A DNA stretch of 64,000 nucleotides from Octopus sinensis (Eukaryota). The translations under genes and the position numbers were made by a program. The DNA lies in NCBI RefSeq assembly GCF_006345805.1, contig NC_043007.1, positions 4,402,001 to 4,466,000 on the forward strand. The letters run 5' to 3'. Each line of letters starts with the position of its first letter. Within the stretch, counting starts at the first letter, position 1. Below, piece by piece: positions 50,760 to 62,074 of this stretch. The notes under the pieces were generated by a model. That model saw only the letters and a program-made list of their open reading frames with translations. It ran no database searches and was not told the origin of the DNA.

Positions 50760-51172
50760 TTTCATTTTCCTTTATTTGTTTCAGTCATTTGACTGAGGCC
50801 CTGCTGGAACACTGCCTTTAGTTGAACAAATCGATCCCCAGGACTTATTCTTTGTAAGCCAAATACTTATCGGTTCTCTTATGCTGAACCACTAAGCTAC
50901 AGGGACATAAACACATCAACATTGGTTGTCAAGCGATGGTGGGGTACACACAAATATATATATATATATATATTTTTATGATGGGCTTCTTTCAGTTCCC
51001 ATCTACCAAATCCACTGACAAGGGTTTGGTTAGCCCAAGGCTATAGTAGAGGACACTTGCCCACTTCAGTCCCATGCATGGGACTGAACCCAGAACCATT
51101 TGGTTGAAAAGCAATCTTCTTACCACACACCCACTCCTGCATGCACACACACATATATAAATACATAGATAC

Positions 51173-51203
<31 letters not shown>

Positions 51204-51237
51204 ATATATATATATATATATGATATACACATACATG

Positions 51238-51279
<42 letters not shown>

Positions 51280-51719
51280 CATACATGCACACATATATAT
51301 ATTTGCTTATGTGAGTATGCGTGTGTATGTGTATAAGCTCAGGTATGGGCCGTATGGTTGAGAACTTCCCAGTTATGTGGTTTTAGGTTCAGTCCAATTT
51401 CAAAGTCCCTTAGACAAGTGTCTTCTACCATAGTTCTAGGTTGACCAAAGCTTTGTGAACGGCGTTTGTAGATGGAAACTGAAAGAAGCTTGTTGCGTGT
51501 GTGTGTGTGTAATCATCATCATTGTTTTAACTTTCACTTTTCCATACTTGCATGAGTTTGATGAAATTTCTTGGGAGATTTTCTGAGGCTGGATGCCCTT
51601 CCTGTAGCCAACCTTCTCTTTTCAAGTCAGGTAACATTTCCCCATGACCAGACATGTTTTCTCAGAATATACAAAATGAAGGACACTGCTTGCATGGAGC
51701 AAAGTCAAGGCAAAGAGAC

Positions 51720-51756
<37 letters not shown>

Positions 51757-52380
51757 TGTACATATATACACATGGAACTGGCTTCTTTCAGTTTCCTTCT
51801 TCAAAATCCGGTGATAAGGCTTTTGTCAGCCTAGTAGAAAACACTTACTTAGGATGCCACACAGTGGCACTGAGCCCTAAAACTCTGTTGCTAGGAAGCA
51901 AACTTCATACCACCCAGCCTATAATGTGTGTGTGTGTGTATCATATAGGTGCAGGCATGGCTGTGTTGGGAGAAGCTTGCTTTGCAACCACATGGTTCCA
52001 GGTTCAGTCCCACTGCATGGCACCTTGGACAAGTGTCTTCTACTATAACCTCAGGCCAACCAAAGCCTTGTGAGTGGATTTGGTAGATGGAAACTGAAAG
52101 AAGCCCATCTTATATGTATATACAAGCATGTATATATTTATGTGCTTGTGTCCTTGTGTCTATGTTTGTCCCCCCCCCCAACATCCATCAGTTAACAACT
52201 GATGTTGGTGTGTTTATGTCCCCATAACTTAACTGTTCGGCAAAAGAGACTGATAGAATAAGTACTAAGCTTACAAAGAATTAGTCCTGTGGTTGATTCT
52301 TTGACTAAAAAGAAACCCATTAAGGCAGTGCTCCTGCATGGCCACAGTCAAATAACTAAAACAAGTAAAAGAATGAAAGA
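50760..52380. mobile_element. SINE-A cluster (50760-51142 -, 51337-51495 +, 51780-51920 -, 51947-52380 +) with an RTE-UTR fragment at 51510-51700
   Basis: Colinear matches to family A. Confidence 0.82.
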
Positions 52381-52411
52381 ACATATATATATATATATAT
52401 ATGCACATGCA

Positions 52412-52465
52412 TAGATGGATAGATAGATAGATAGATAGATGGATAGATACATAGATAGATAGATG

Positions 52466-52504
<39 letters not shown>

Positions 52505-52505
52505 G

Positions 52506-52549
<44 letters not shown>

Positions 52550-52550
52550 C

Positions 52551-52596
<46 letters not shown>

Positions 52597-52597
52597 G

Positions 52598-52665
<68 letters not shown>

Positions 52666-52711
52666 TGGATGGATGGATGGATGGATGGATGGATGGATGG
52701 ATGGATGGATG

Positions 52712-52762
<51 letters not shown>
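52412..52762 (+). repeat. (GATA)n/(GGAT)n tract
   Basis: Directly visible. Confidence 0.97.
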
Positions 52763-53154
52763 GTACAGAGGAATAAATATTTTGTAGATAGAGGAAGAAT
52801 ATTTATTCTTGTGATAGTTACGCAGATACACAATTAAACAGAAAGAATTCAAATCGCAGTGTAATAATATTTTAATATATAAAAATATCTGAAACTGAAT
52901 GAAATATATATATTCTCTAGATTCTTTCACTGAATATGATTACATATTTATAGCAGAAACATGTATACAAAATCATTTATGCACACATCTTACATGGTGT
53001 TTGTATATTTAATTTTATGTACCCATTCCCTCTAGAAACATGATTATATGTCCAGGGAAATCGTTTCACAGAATATGTATATTTATTTTCATGTATGTAC
53101 CTTCGTTTATATCCCATGTGTCATGTCATTCCATTATAACTATATACATACACC

Positions 53155-53187
<33 letters not shown>

Positions 53188-53388
53188 TATGCAAACAGTA
53201 TTTTATTTTAGTTGAGTCAGTCTTTTACTACTCTGAGTTTTCACTGTGTTTATACAGTTTCCAGACAAGTCATTCATTACAGGTGGAACTCAGGACAGCA
53301 AGAAACTGACTCAATCATAATATAATACATTATTATTATTGTCTGCTATAGTATGGAATACTCATTTTCCCATAAGTCAGTACTAAAC

Positions 53389-53451
<63 letters not shown>

Positions 53452-53489
53452 TAGATACACACACACATGACTGCTAACTCCATGTGAAT

Positions 53490-53740
53490 GGATTTGGAAG
53501 ATGGAAACTGAAAGAAGCCCCATCGTATATGTGTGTGTATTTGTGTGTCTATGTTTGTCACCTCACCATTGCTTCACAACCGATGCTGGTGCGTTTACGT
53601 CCCCATAACTTATCAGTTTGGCAAAAGATAGAATAAGTACTAGGCTTACAGAGAATAAGTCCTGAGGTTGATTTGTTCACTGAAAGGTGGTACTCCATCA
53701 TGGCTGCAGTCAAATGACAGAAACAAGTAAAAGAAAAACA
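53490..53740 (+). mobile_element. SINE family A, 3' two-thirds
   Basis: Colinear match. Confidence 0.85.
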
Positions 53741-54047
53741 GAATGTATATACATACATACATACATATATATATATATACACACACACATATATAATGCT
53801 ATGTAATTATAAAATTCAGGGACTTAAGTGTAGGAAGTTAGTAAGCTTTGAGCAGTTCACAGAGGGTATATAAAAAACAACTTTCAGGAGCAATGATAGT
53901 TTATTGGCATAGAAGGTTCTTGGTTTTTCCCCATATCGAAGTTTGATAAGCTGAAAAAAAGTTATTTTATCGTTCACGGTTAGCATCTAGGGTTGCTATG
54001 TGTTAAATTAAAAATCCAAATTGAAGGAATGGAGCTGGTAAAATCCA

Positions 54048-54131
54048 GGCTACATATATTTCTTAGCTAGCAGAACCATGGAAGTAGTAATTATCCAACA
54101 AAAGGTACTCCACTAGCTACTCATCAGGCAA
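54048..54131 (-). ncRNA. Degenerate type I hammerhead motif with long loop II
   Basis: Minus strand reads ttgc-CTGATGA-gTAGCTAG..CTAGCTAa-GAAA-tatatg-TA-gcc. Stem I is weak. Confidence 0.45.
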
Positions 54132-54210
54132 CGAAGGTCACATTGTCACCAAAGGGTCCCAAGTTTACTTGCAGGAGATGTGATTTAAATTGTTAACTTG
54201 GGATCCCTTG

Positions 54211-54279
<69 letters not shown>

Positions 54280-55199
54280 TATTCGTATGTATGTACATAC
54301 GTAAGTTCATACATATATATATGCTTGTACATATGGATAAACACACTTACATAATGTATGTGTAGTCCTGAATGTGATATTTTATAGGAATACATCCTGC
54401 TGCCCATGTATGCAAGTGTACCCTTTGCATACCACCAATACTTATATAAGGGAATAGTCACCAGCTATGGTTGACACAACTTAGCACCAGTGACATCACA
54501 AGATGCAAAGAACCAGAAAAGATACTGGAAAGCATCTTGATCAACCCTTTAACAGCTTCACTAATCCACTTCTCTGCACTGGTATTTTTTTTATGTATCT
54601 TGAAAAGCAAAGTTCTCGTTATGGGATGGGGATTGACTTCAGGGTGCAGAAAAGGCTAACAAATACTGTCCAACACTCTACTAAGTCAGCCAATTCACTA
54701 TCAAAGGGATATATATTGTACATTTGGTGGCTCTCATTTCCCTACTTTGCTTGGAAACAGTTGCTAGTTAGCAACAGGAAGGGCATCTAGCTGTAGAAAT
54801 TCTACCTTCATACCTTCTGTGTAATCCATTCAAACATGAAAAAGTGGATGTGGAAATGATGATGATGATGAGGAGGTTTTATATATAAATCATGTTGATA
54901 ATTGGAAAAAATTAAGCAAGCTTTTATGATAAATTTTGTGAGCATGTGGGTGTTTGTATGTTCATTACAAATTAAATTTACATTTGTGATGCCTCAATTA
55001 AATTGCGAAATACAAATTAGATTTACTTTTGTGGCATATCAGTAAGTCATGTCGTTGCTCTAACCTGTCTGTCCATTAAGATGGCTGGAACCATAGAGAC
55101 CTAGTTATGAGTGAGTGACTGGCCATCAACGGCAGCTGGCTTCCATCTATATACAGGCCGAAATCAACTCCCAGCTAAATTTAAATTTATATGAATGTG

Positions 55200-56055
55200 G
55201 AATGAGTAAAGTGGATAAAGAGAGGAAGAATAGAAAGAAGAGAAAATGATGAGAGAGAGAGACATACACACACGAAGGGGAACAGAGAGAGAGAGAGGAG
55301 AGAGAGAGAGAGACGTTGGGGAGTGGAAAGAAAGAATGAGAGAAGGCAAAACTGAAATGAAACAGAAATGGAGATAGAGAGATTGCATGATACTGAAAGA
55401 GGGCGGATACTAGAAAGATGATAATAAGAGAGAGAGAGAGATGGAGAGATGGAGAGAGATGCAGAATGAAAAAATCGATTGGTAAATAGAAAAATAACCA
55501 TAGTGTGATAGAGGAAGACCTTGAAACGGAGAGAAAGTGAGATATATATAGGTGGTGGGGTTGGGGAGGGGGAGAGGAGAAGAATCAACTGGTAGAAAGA
55601 GTAAGACAGTGATGGAGTTAAAGGAAAGAAATGTGATAGAGACTAAAATGCACAGAGGGAAAGAGAGAGAGAGAGAGAGAGAGAGCAACATAGAAAGTGT
55701 GAGGAGAGAGAAAAAGAAAGAAAATTTGGCAAGCAACAGAGAAAGATTAAGACTGAGAAATGGAGAGGAAAAACGTGTATGTGTGTGTGTGTGTGTGCCT
55801 TGTGATGTGTGCGTCTAACAGTCACACAGAATATAAAATATACATAAGAGATGAGTAAAAACTGTTAATGAGATACAAGAAAAGAAAGAGAGAGAGAGAG
55901 AAGAAAAGAAAAAGAAAAAGGAGAGTGAAGACAAATGCTGAGACAGAGAGAGAAAGAGAGATGTTGAGCCAAAATTTAGAAGATAATGAGTAAAGAATGA
56001 GGAGGAGAGAGAGAGAGAGAGAGAGAGAGGGAGCGAAAGAGAGAGAGAGAGAATG
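55200..56055 (+). repeat. Polypurine (GA-rich) tract
   Basis: Directly visible. Confidence 0.9.
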
Positions 56056-56717
56056 AAAGTATGATAGCAACAATGAGGTAATAGGAGGCACAAAATGTGA
56101 ATGGCTTTTTTTTGTGTTTTTTTTGGCTAAAGATGAGGGAATGTGTTTGTGAGAAAGAGAAAAATAACTGATTTAGAACCGAAAACAATTTGACCAGTGT
56201 TTTTAGCAAATGTGATAAAAATCTATCCAAATGCCTTTTGTTTGTGCATAAAATGTAAATGGCTGTGATGTATGTCTGATCCTTGCTTTGGATATCATTT
56301 GAATTAAACTTATAAAAGGCAATTGCTAGGTTATGATTTAAAGTTTTACTGCAGCATCCAGCTGGATTAATAGTCAGGTTATCAAAAAGAATTATAAAAA
56401 TCAGAAACAATATTGTATATAAATCTGTCCAACATATCAGCACAATAAACTTAGCTAACTTATACAACAGCCATTTGTAACTGCGGTGTTTTTAAGCTTT
56501 TTGCTTCTGTATTTCTGATGAAATGAATTGTTTTTGTCTTGTTTAATTTTTAAAATAATGAAGAATTTAGTAAAATAACTTTGTCATTAAACTGGAATTT
56601 GGAACCAAAATTAACTTGGAGTTTTGATGGAAAATTTTAATTTAGATCACTTGCAAACAGGGAATTTGTGTTAGAGAACCAAGGGTAGACTTGGGCAGGT
56701 TGTATCAAATGGATTAG

Positions 56718-57292
56718 CCCTTTAGCAATGAATAAAACTGTATGGAGTCAAGTACATCAAAATAAATATCAAATGCAAAATGTAGCTGTGATCCCTGTGC
56801 TGGTGGCACATAAAAAGCACCATCTGAACGTGGCTGATGCCAGCGCCGCCTTGACTGGCTTCTGTGCCAGTGGCATGTAAAAAGCACCAACCGATCGTGG
56901 CCGCTGCCAGCTTCCCCTGGTACGTAAAAAGCGCCCACTACACGCATGGAGTGATTGGTGTTAGGAAGAGCATCCAGCTGTAGAAAAACTGCCAGATCAG
57001 ACTGGAGCCTGGTGCAGCCTCCTGGCTTCCCTGACTCCAGTCGAACCGTCCAACCCATGCTCGAAGTGAAAAACGGATGTTAAATGATGTTGATGATGTA
57101 TCCAGCCCAAATTTTCTGTTTTATGTTCAAACTGGCCATATTTGGCCTCTTGCACCTATCCTACAATGTCATTCTAAAAATAAACAATCGCATTACCAAA
57201 ATTTCAAACCTATGAGATGAATGCACGATTAATTCAAAACAATGTAAATAAATATACTTTTCATTTGAGAGAGAAATCTGAATGCTAAAGAG
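56718..57292. mobile_element. TTAA-type (piggyBac-like) MITE with a nested RTE 3'-UTR copy (56745-57100, +)
   Basis: Ends ttag-ccctttagca ... tgctaaagag-ttcg look like decayed TTAA plus CCCTTTAGCA TIRs. The internal RTE UTR ends in (GAT)n. Confidence 0.6.
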
Positions 57293-57714
57293 TTCGAGAT
57301 CAAATCCCATCTGTACTTAGCCAGTTTGTGTCAGTCACTCCAATCATAATAGAACTGCAGTTGGTGGTACTTTTAAACATTTAGATACAGTGTTTCTTGG
57401 AAAGGCCTGAGTTGTCACTCACTCCCAGCAATGACATTCTCTGGGTAAAGCAGAATCTAGGACTATCACAAAACGTTATCATAATTCCATCCAAGAGACA
57501 AAGAAAGGAAATGTGAAATAAGTTTTAAGCTGAAATACACAATGCCCACCAACAACCATAATAGAATTTAAATGCTCTTAAAATAAGTCTAATTTGGTTT
57601 AAAAATTAAAAAGACATTGTGAATTTGCATATCAAATTTGCCCACGCAGTGGGTCTGAACCCAGAACCATGTGGTTGGGAAGCAAGCTTCTTACAACACA
57701 GCCACACCTGTGCC

Positions 57715-57763
<49 letters not shown>

Positions 57764-57775
57764 ATATTATATATA

Positions 57776-57822
<47 letters not shown>

Positions 57823-57830
57823 ATATATAT

Positions 57831-57908
<78 letters not shown>
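57715..57908. repeat. (TA)n tract
   Basis: Directly visible. Confidence 0.97.
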
Positions 57909-57909
<1 letters not shown>

Positions 57910-57912
<3 letters not shown>

Positions 57913-58784
57913 CAGGTAAGTTCCAGGCCCTGCGCTACTGGCACACAAAGGTAAATGACGTGAAGACTGGATACACTGGCCCAGGAAGAATTGCAATCCC
58001 TGAGTCAAAATCAGTGCGTGACCTGGGCATTGACATGAGCAATGATGCATCTTTCCAAATGCATATTGCTAATCTGGTGATAAAATGCAGACGGCTAGCT
58101 GGATGGATTCTCCGAACTTTCAGAACAAGAGAGAAGGAGACACTGATGGTCCTATGGAAAACATTTGTCCTCAGCCGCTTGGACTACTGCTCCCAACTTT
58201 GGTCACCACACAATATAAAACAAACAGCAGAACTCGAAGCAACTCAGAGAAGCTACACAAAGAAAATCGTCTCAATGCAAAATGTCAGCTACTGGGAAAG
58301 ACTGAAGGTATTAAACCTCTTCTCCCTGGAGCGGAGGCGGGAGACATATGCAGTGATATACATCTGGAAAATCCTGGAGGGTCTTGTCCCAAACTTTGGC
58401 ATTCAAAGTTACTCCAACCGCAGAACGGGGCGCCGCTGCGTGGTGCCAAGGATTCCAACATCACCATCAAAATACAGGTCCAGATACTGCAACAGCTTGG
58501 GTTTCAGAGGACCACAGCTCTTTAACATCCTCCCTAAATGCCTGAGAGACTTACATGGTGTGGATGTGGGTTTCTTTAAAACTAAACTGGATCTCTTCTT
58601 GTTGGGAGTCCCAGATGAACCTACCTCACGACAGGAGACACGGATGCGGGCAGCAGCATCGAACTCCCTTGTTGATCAAGTGCCACGTATCAGAGGTGGA
58701 TTCACAAACTAGTGTAGCTCATTCAGCGGTGGTGCCCCAGCATGGCCGCGGCCTTCGGGCTAAAACATTTTTAAGGATTTAAGG

Positions 58785-58788
<4 letters not shown>
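57910..58788 (+). mobile_element. Young 5'-truncated CR1-group (L2/Crack/Daphne-like) LINE: uninterrupted ORF2 C-terminus, short 3'UTR, (aaggattt)2 tail, inserted in (TA)n
   Basis: Open frame 57912-58712 reads KFQALRY..VRDLGI..GWILRTF..FVLSRLDYCSQLWSP..YWERLKVLNLFSLERRRE..GPQLFNILP..FKTKLD. CpGs retained; TA runs on both sides. Confidence 0.92.
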
Positions 58789-58823
<35 letters not shown>

Positions 58824-58990
58824 TAGATATCATCATCATCATCATTAGATATAGATATGCTTATTTTTTACATTTTAGTTTTCGTGTTTCCATTTTTGTA
58901 ACCATAAGCATTTTTTAAATGCTGCCTTCTCAGTTTTTTCATGTTTCTTCTCTTATCCATTTTTTTTTAGATCGTTATGATATGTGGTTT

Positions 58991-59045
58991 GTGCCTGATG
59001 AATATGTTTGAGATATTTCTCAACATATGAAATTATTAGTAGCAC
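58991..59045 (+). ncRNA. Type I hammerhead ribozyme motif with intact catalytic core
   Basis: GTGC-CTGATGA-ATATGTT(T)GAGA tatt TCTCAACATAT-GAAA-ttattag-TA-GCAC. Stem I is 4 bp, stem II 11 bp with one bulge, stem III short; predicted GUA cleavage site at 59039-59041. Confidence 0.75.
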
Positions 59046-59078
59046 TTAAAGACATGTATTGTGTCCTTTAGATAATAA

Positions 59079-59117
<39 letters not shown>

Positions 59118-59821
59118 TATTGTCTTTTTCCGTCAGGAGGGAGGGCTGTGCCCATGACCCATTACAGAGCCTCCAGTATCCTGAAGCAGGAAATCTAGCT
59201 CCAATGCTTGCTACAGTGTGGTGATCCCTACCAAAGGCACTCAAAGTGCCAGGTGGTGGTGTTAAATTGGGCTACAAGTTAAGTCTACCCCCTAAACAGG
59301 CTTTAACAGGATTTGAACTCAGAATGCAGACAGTCAAAACAAATGCCACAAAGCAGTCTGCCTGACACTCTAGTAACACCAATTTGCTGTTTATGTATGT
59401 ACAACTATCTATCTGTCTCTCAGTCTGTTTATTTGTCTGTCTGTCTGTCTATTTGTGTGTGTGCACGCAAAAGGTGTCTTTAATAGCTATATTCAATTAA
59501 CACGTCACCATTAGCAACCAAGTATTAATAAAATATATCAACTGATGTAATCAAATAAATTACCACAGTGTAGAATAGAAAAGACCAAAGTGACTGGAAT
59601 AAACAAGCAGAAGAACACAGTTCTACCAATGTTTTCTAAGGCAAAATAGAATTTCTAGATTAAAGCAGACGTTTGTAGTGTACTTCTTACAAGTGAATCA
59701 GTAAGACCACTTCAAGTAAATAGTAAAATTATACTTGGCACTAGCTTAGTACTTATGTGACATCATTAGTATTCATATTAGACCAGCTGGGCACATTTGG
59801 AGCATATTATTGGAGGCAATT

Positions 59822-60220
59822 AAGGCAGTGAGCTAGCAGAGTCGTTAGCATGCTAGGTGAAATGCTTACCTGTATTTTGTCTGCTGCTACGTTCTGAGTT
59901 CAAATTCCGCTGAGGTCAATTTTGCCTGTCACCCTTTCGGGATCGATAAATTAAGTACCAGTTACACACCGGGGTCGATATAATCGACTTAATCCATTTG
60001 TCTGTCCTTGTTTGTCCTCTCTGTGTTTAGCCCCTTGTGGGCAATAAAGAAATAGGTATTTTGTCTGCTGCTACGTTCTGAGTTCAAATTCCACTGAGGT
60101 TGACTTTGCCTGTCATCCTTTCAGGGTCAATTAAATAAGTATCAGTTAAACACTGTGGTCGATGTAATCAAATTACCCCCTCCCTGCAAAATTTCAAACC
60201 TTGTGCCTGTAATAGAAAGA
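59822..60220 (+). mobile_element. Dimeric SINE family B
   Basis: A monomer with tail 1 (..gtttagccccttgtgggcaataaagaaata) is followed by a second B-box/core and tail 2 (..ccttgtgcctgtaatagaaag). Confidence 0.88.
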
Positions 60221-60463
60221 ATTTTTGGAGGAAATTGATAGTTTTGCTATTATTGGAAATGAATTTTAATAACTAAAGCAGTATTGACTTGTGGTTGTTA
60301 GGGTAGTTATTAGCATTCTCTTGGAGCAATGATCTCTCAACGGTTGGAATCAGATTCTACAGCTTCTGGGACTTATAATCATCTTATGTATGTGAGTGTA
60401 CGCGTGTTTAAAAATACATGCATTTATATATTTCTGTGTGTGAATGTACCCATGTATATATAA

Positions 60464-60500
<37 letters not shown>

Positions 60501-60559
60501 TATATATATACATACACACACATATATATACACACACACACGTGTGTGAGTATGTTGGT

Positions 60560-60968
60560 GGTATTTGAAATGCTCCTTTTAAGTGTTGGGCCTCATAGAG
60601 GCAATGATGAATGACTGAGACATTTGGCATTATGTGCTTGCGAAGAAGATCCATCAAGCCAGATGAAATTGCAGTCATGGCAGATACTGGTGTCATGCAA
60701 ATGGCACCCATGCCTGTAGCACGTAAAAGCACCCATTACACTCTCTGAGTGGTTGAGGTTTGGAAGGGCATCCAGCCATAGAAACCATTCCAAATCAGAC
60801 TGGAGTCTGGTGCAGCCTTCCACCAGACTCCAATCTGATTCTGCACCAGCCCCCAATCTGATCTAGTAAGGTTTTCTACAGTTGGATGCCCTTCCTAATG
60901 CCAACCATTCTGAGAGTGTAGTGGGTGCTTTTTACGTGCCACCAGCACAGGAGCCAGTCAGACGGCAC
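60560..60968. mobile_element. Two RTE 3'-UTR copies joined tail-to-tail (60560-60820 +, 60821-60968 -)
   Basis: aaaagcacccattacactctctgagtggtt..ggaagggcatccagc is followed by its reverse complement. Confidence 0.85.
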
Positions 60969-61559
60969 TATAATGTATGTATGTATGTATGTATGTATGT
61001 ATGTGCTTGGCTGAGTGGGTGTATGTATTTGTGTCTCCTTGGCACCACATGATTGCTATAAATGTGAGTTACCATCATACAAGACATATCGTCCATTTCC
61101 AGTCTTCTGTGAAAACATGTCCGGTCATGAGAAATATTACCTTGCTTGGAAACTGGTGTGTGTTGGTGACACGAACTGCAACTGATGCAGAAAATTTGCC
61201 TCAACAAATTCCAGCTGATGCATGCAAGCATGAAAAAGTGGATATTAAAACAGCGATGACCTTACTGCCATCACCAGTCTTTCTTCATTTAGCATTTCAC
61301 AGTTGTTCTTCCAGTATTGGATTACTAAATATCAAGTTGCGTCCTGAAAAGCTTTCTCCGGAATCAAGATATTCACCTTCATATCCAATATCCTCAATTA
61401 ACCATTTAAACTTTTACCACTGTCCCCCACTCTGGTTCCTATTACAAATAGGATAATAACAACTTTACAACAATTCCCAGTTCCCTGAATTCTTTAGTTC
61501 TAGGTTCTCATATTTTTCTTTACCCTGCACTTACCTCTATTGAATATAAAAATGTCTTA

Positions 61560-62074
61560 CAGTTCTATATTTAAGAGATGAGGAATTTATATACATTATT
61601 TCCATTTGATGGACATTTGTCCTCATCTTGTTTGTTAACACAATGTTTCGACTGATATACTCTCCAGCCTTCATCAGGTGTCTTGGGGAAATTTCGAACC
61701 TGGATTCTCATTCCTAAGATATTTTTCGACGACGATGACGACAACGACGACGTTGTTGTTCAGGCCACAGCCTGGAATTGAACTTGGAATCTTGGGGTTA
61801 ACAGCCATATGCCCATGGGCAATTATGGAGTGATTTATAAGCCCTAAAATTCACTCCATAATTTCCCAAGGGCATATGGTGTGGTGATTAAGAGCACGGG
61901 CTACCAACACCAAGATTCCGAGTTCAATTCCAGGCAGTATAATAATAAATAATAATAATAATAATAATGTTTGAAATTTCCCCAAGACACCTGATGAAGG
62001 CTGGAGGGTATATCAGCCAAAACGTGTTAACAACAAACAAGAGGAGGACAAATATCCATCAAATGTAAATAATG
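61560..62074. mobile_element. Palindromic head-to-head dimer of a tRNA-headed element carrying minimal hammerhead motifs
   Basis: Arms 61594-61699 and 61969-62074 are reverse complements; central hairpin at 61806-61879. tRNA-like head at 61870-61938 (B-box gagttcaattcc). CTGATGA..(G)AAAC motifs at 61637-61682 (-) and 61986-62028 (+). Confidence 0.85.

Noticed and set aside
52271-52930. 219-aa and 161-aa (YLSI)n ORFs
   Set aside because: Translation of the (GATA)n microsatellite.
57912-57922. Perfect splice donor cag/gtaagt
   Set aside because: It lies within the LINE ORF2 coding frame (AGKF) and has no upstream exon, only (TA)n.
57960-58712. 250-aa ORF as a host gene
   Set aside because: It is the C-terminal part of a LINE ORF2, 5'-truncated, with an element tail.
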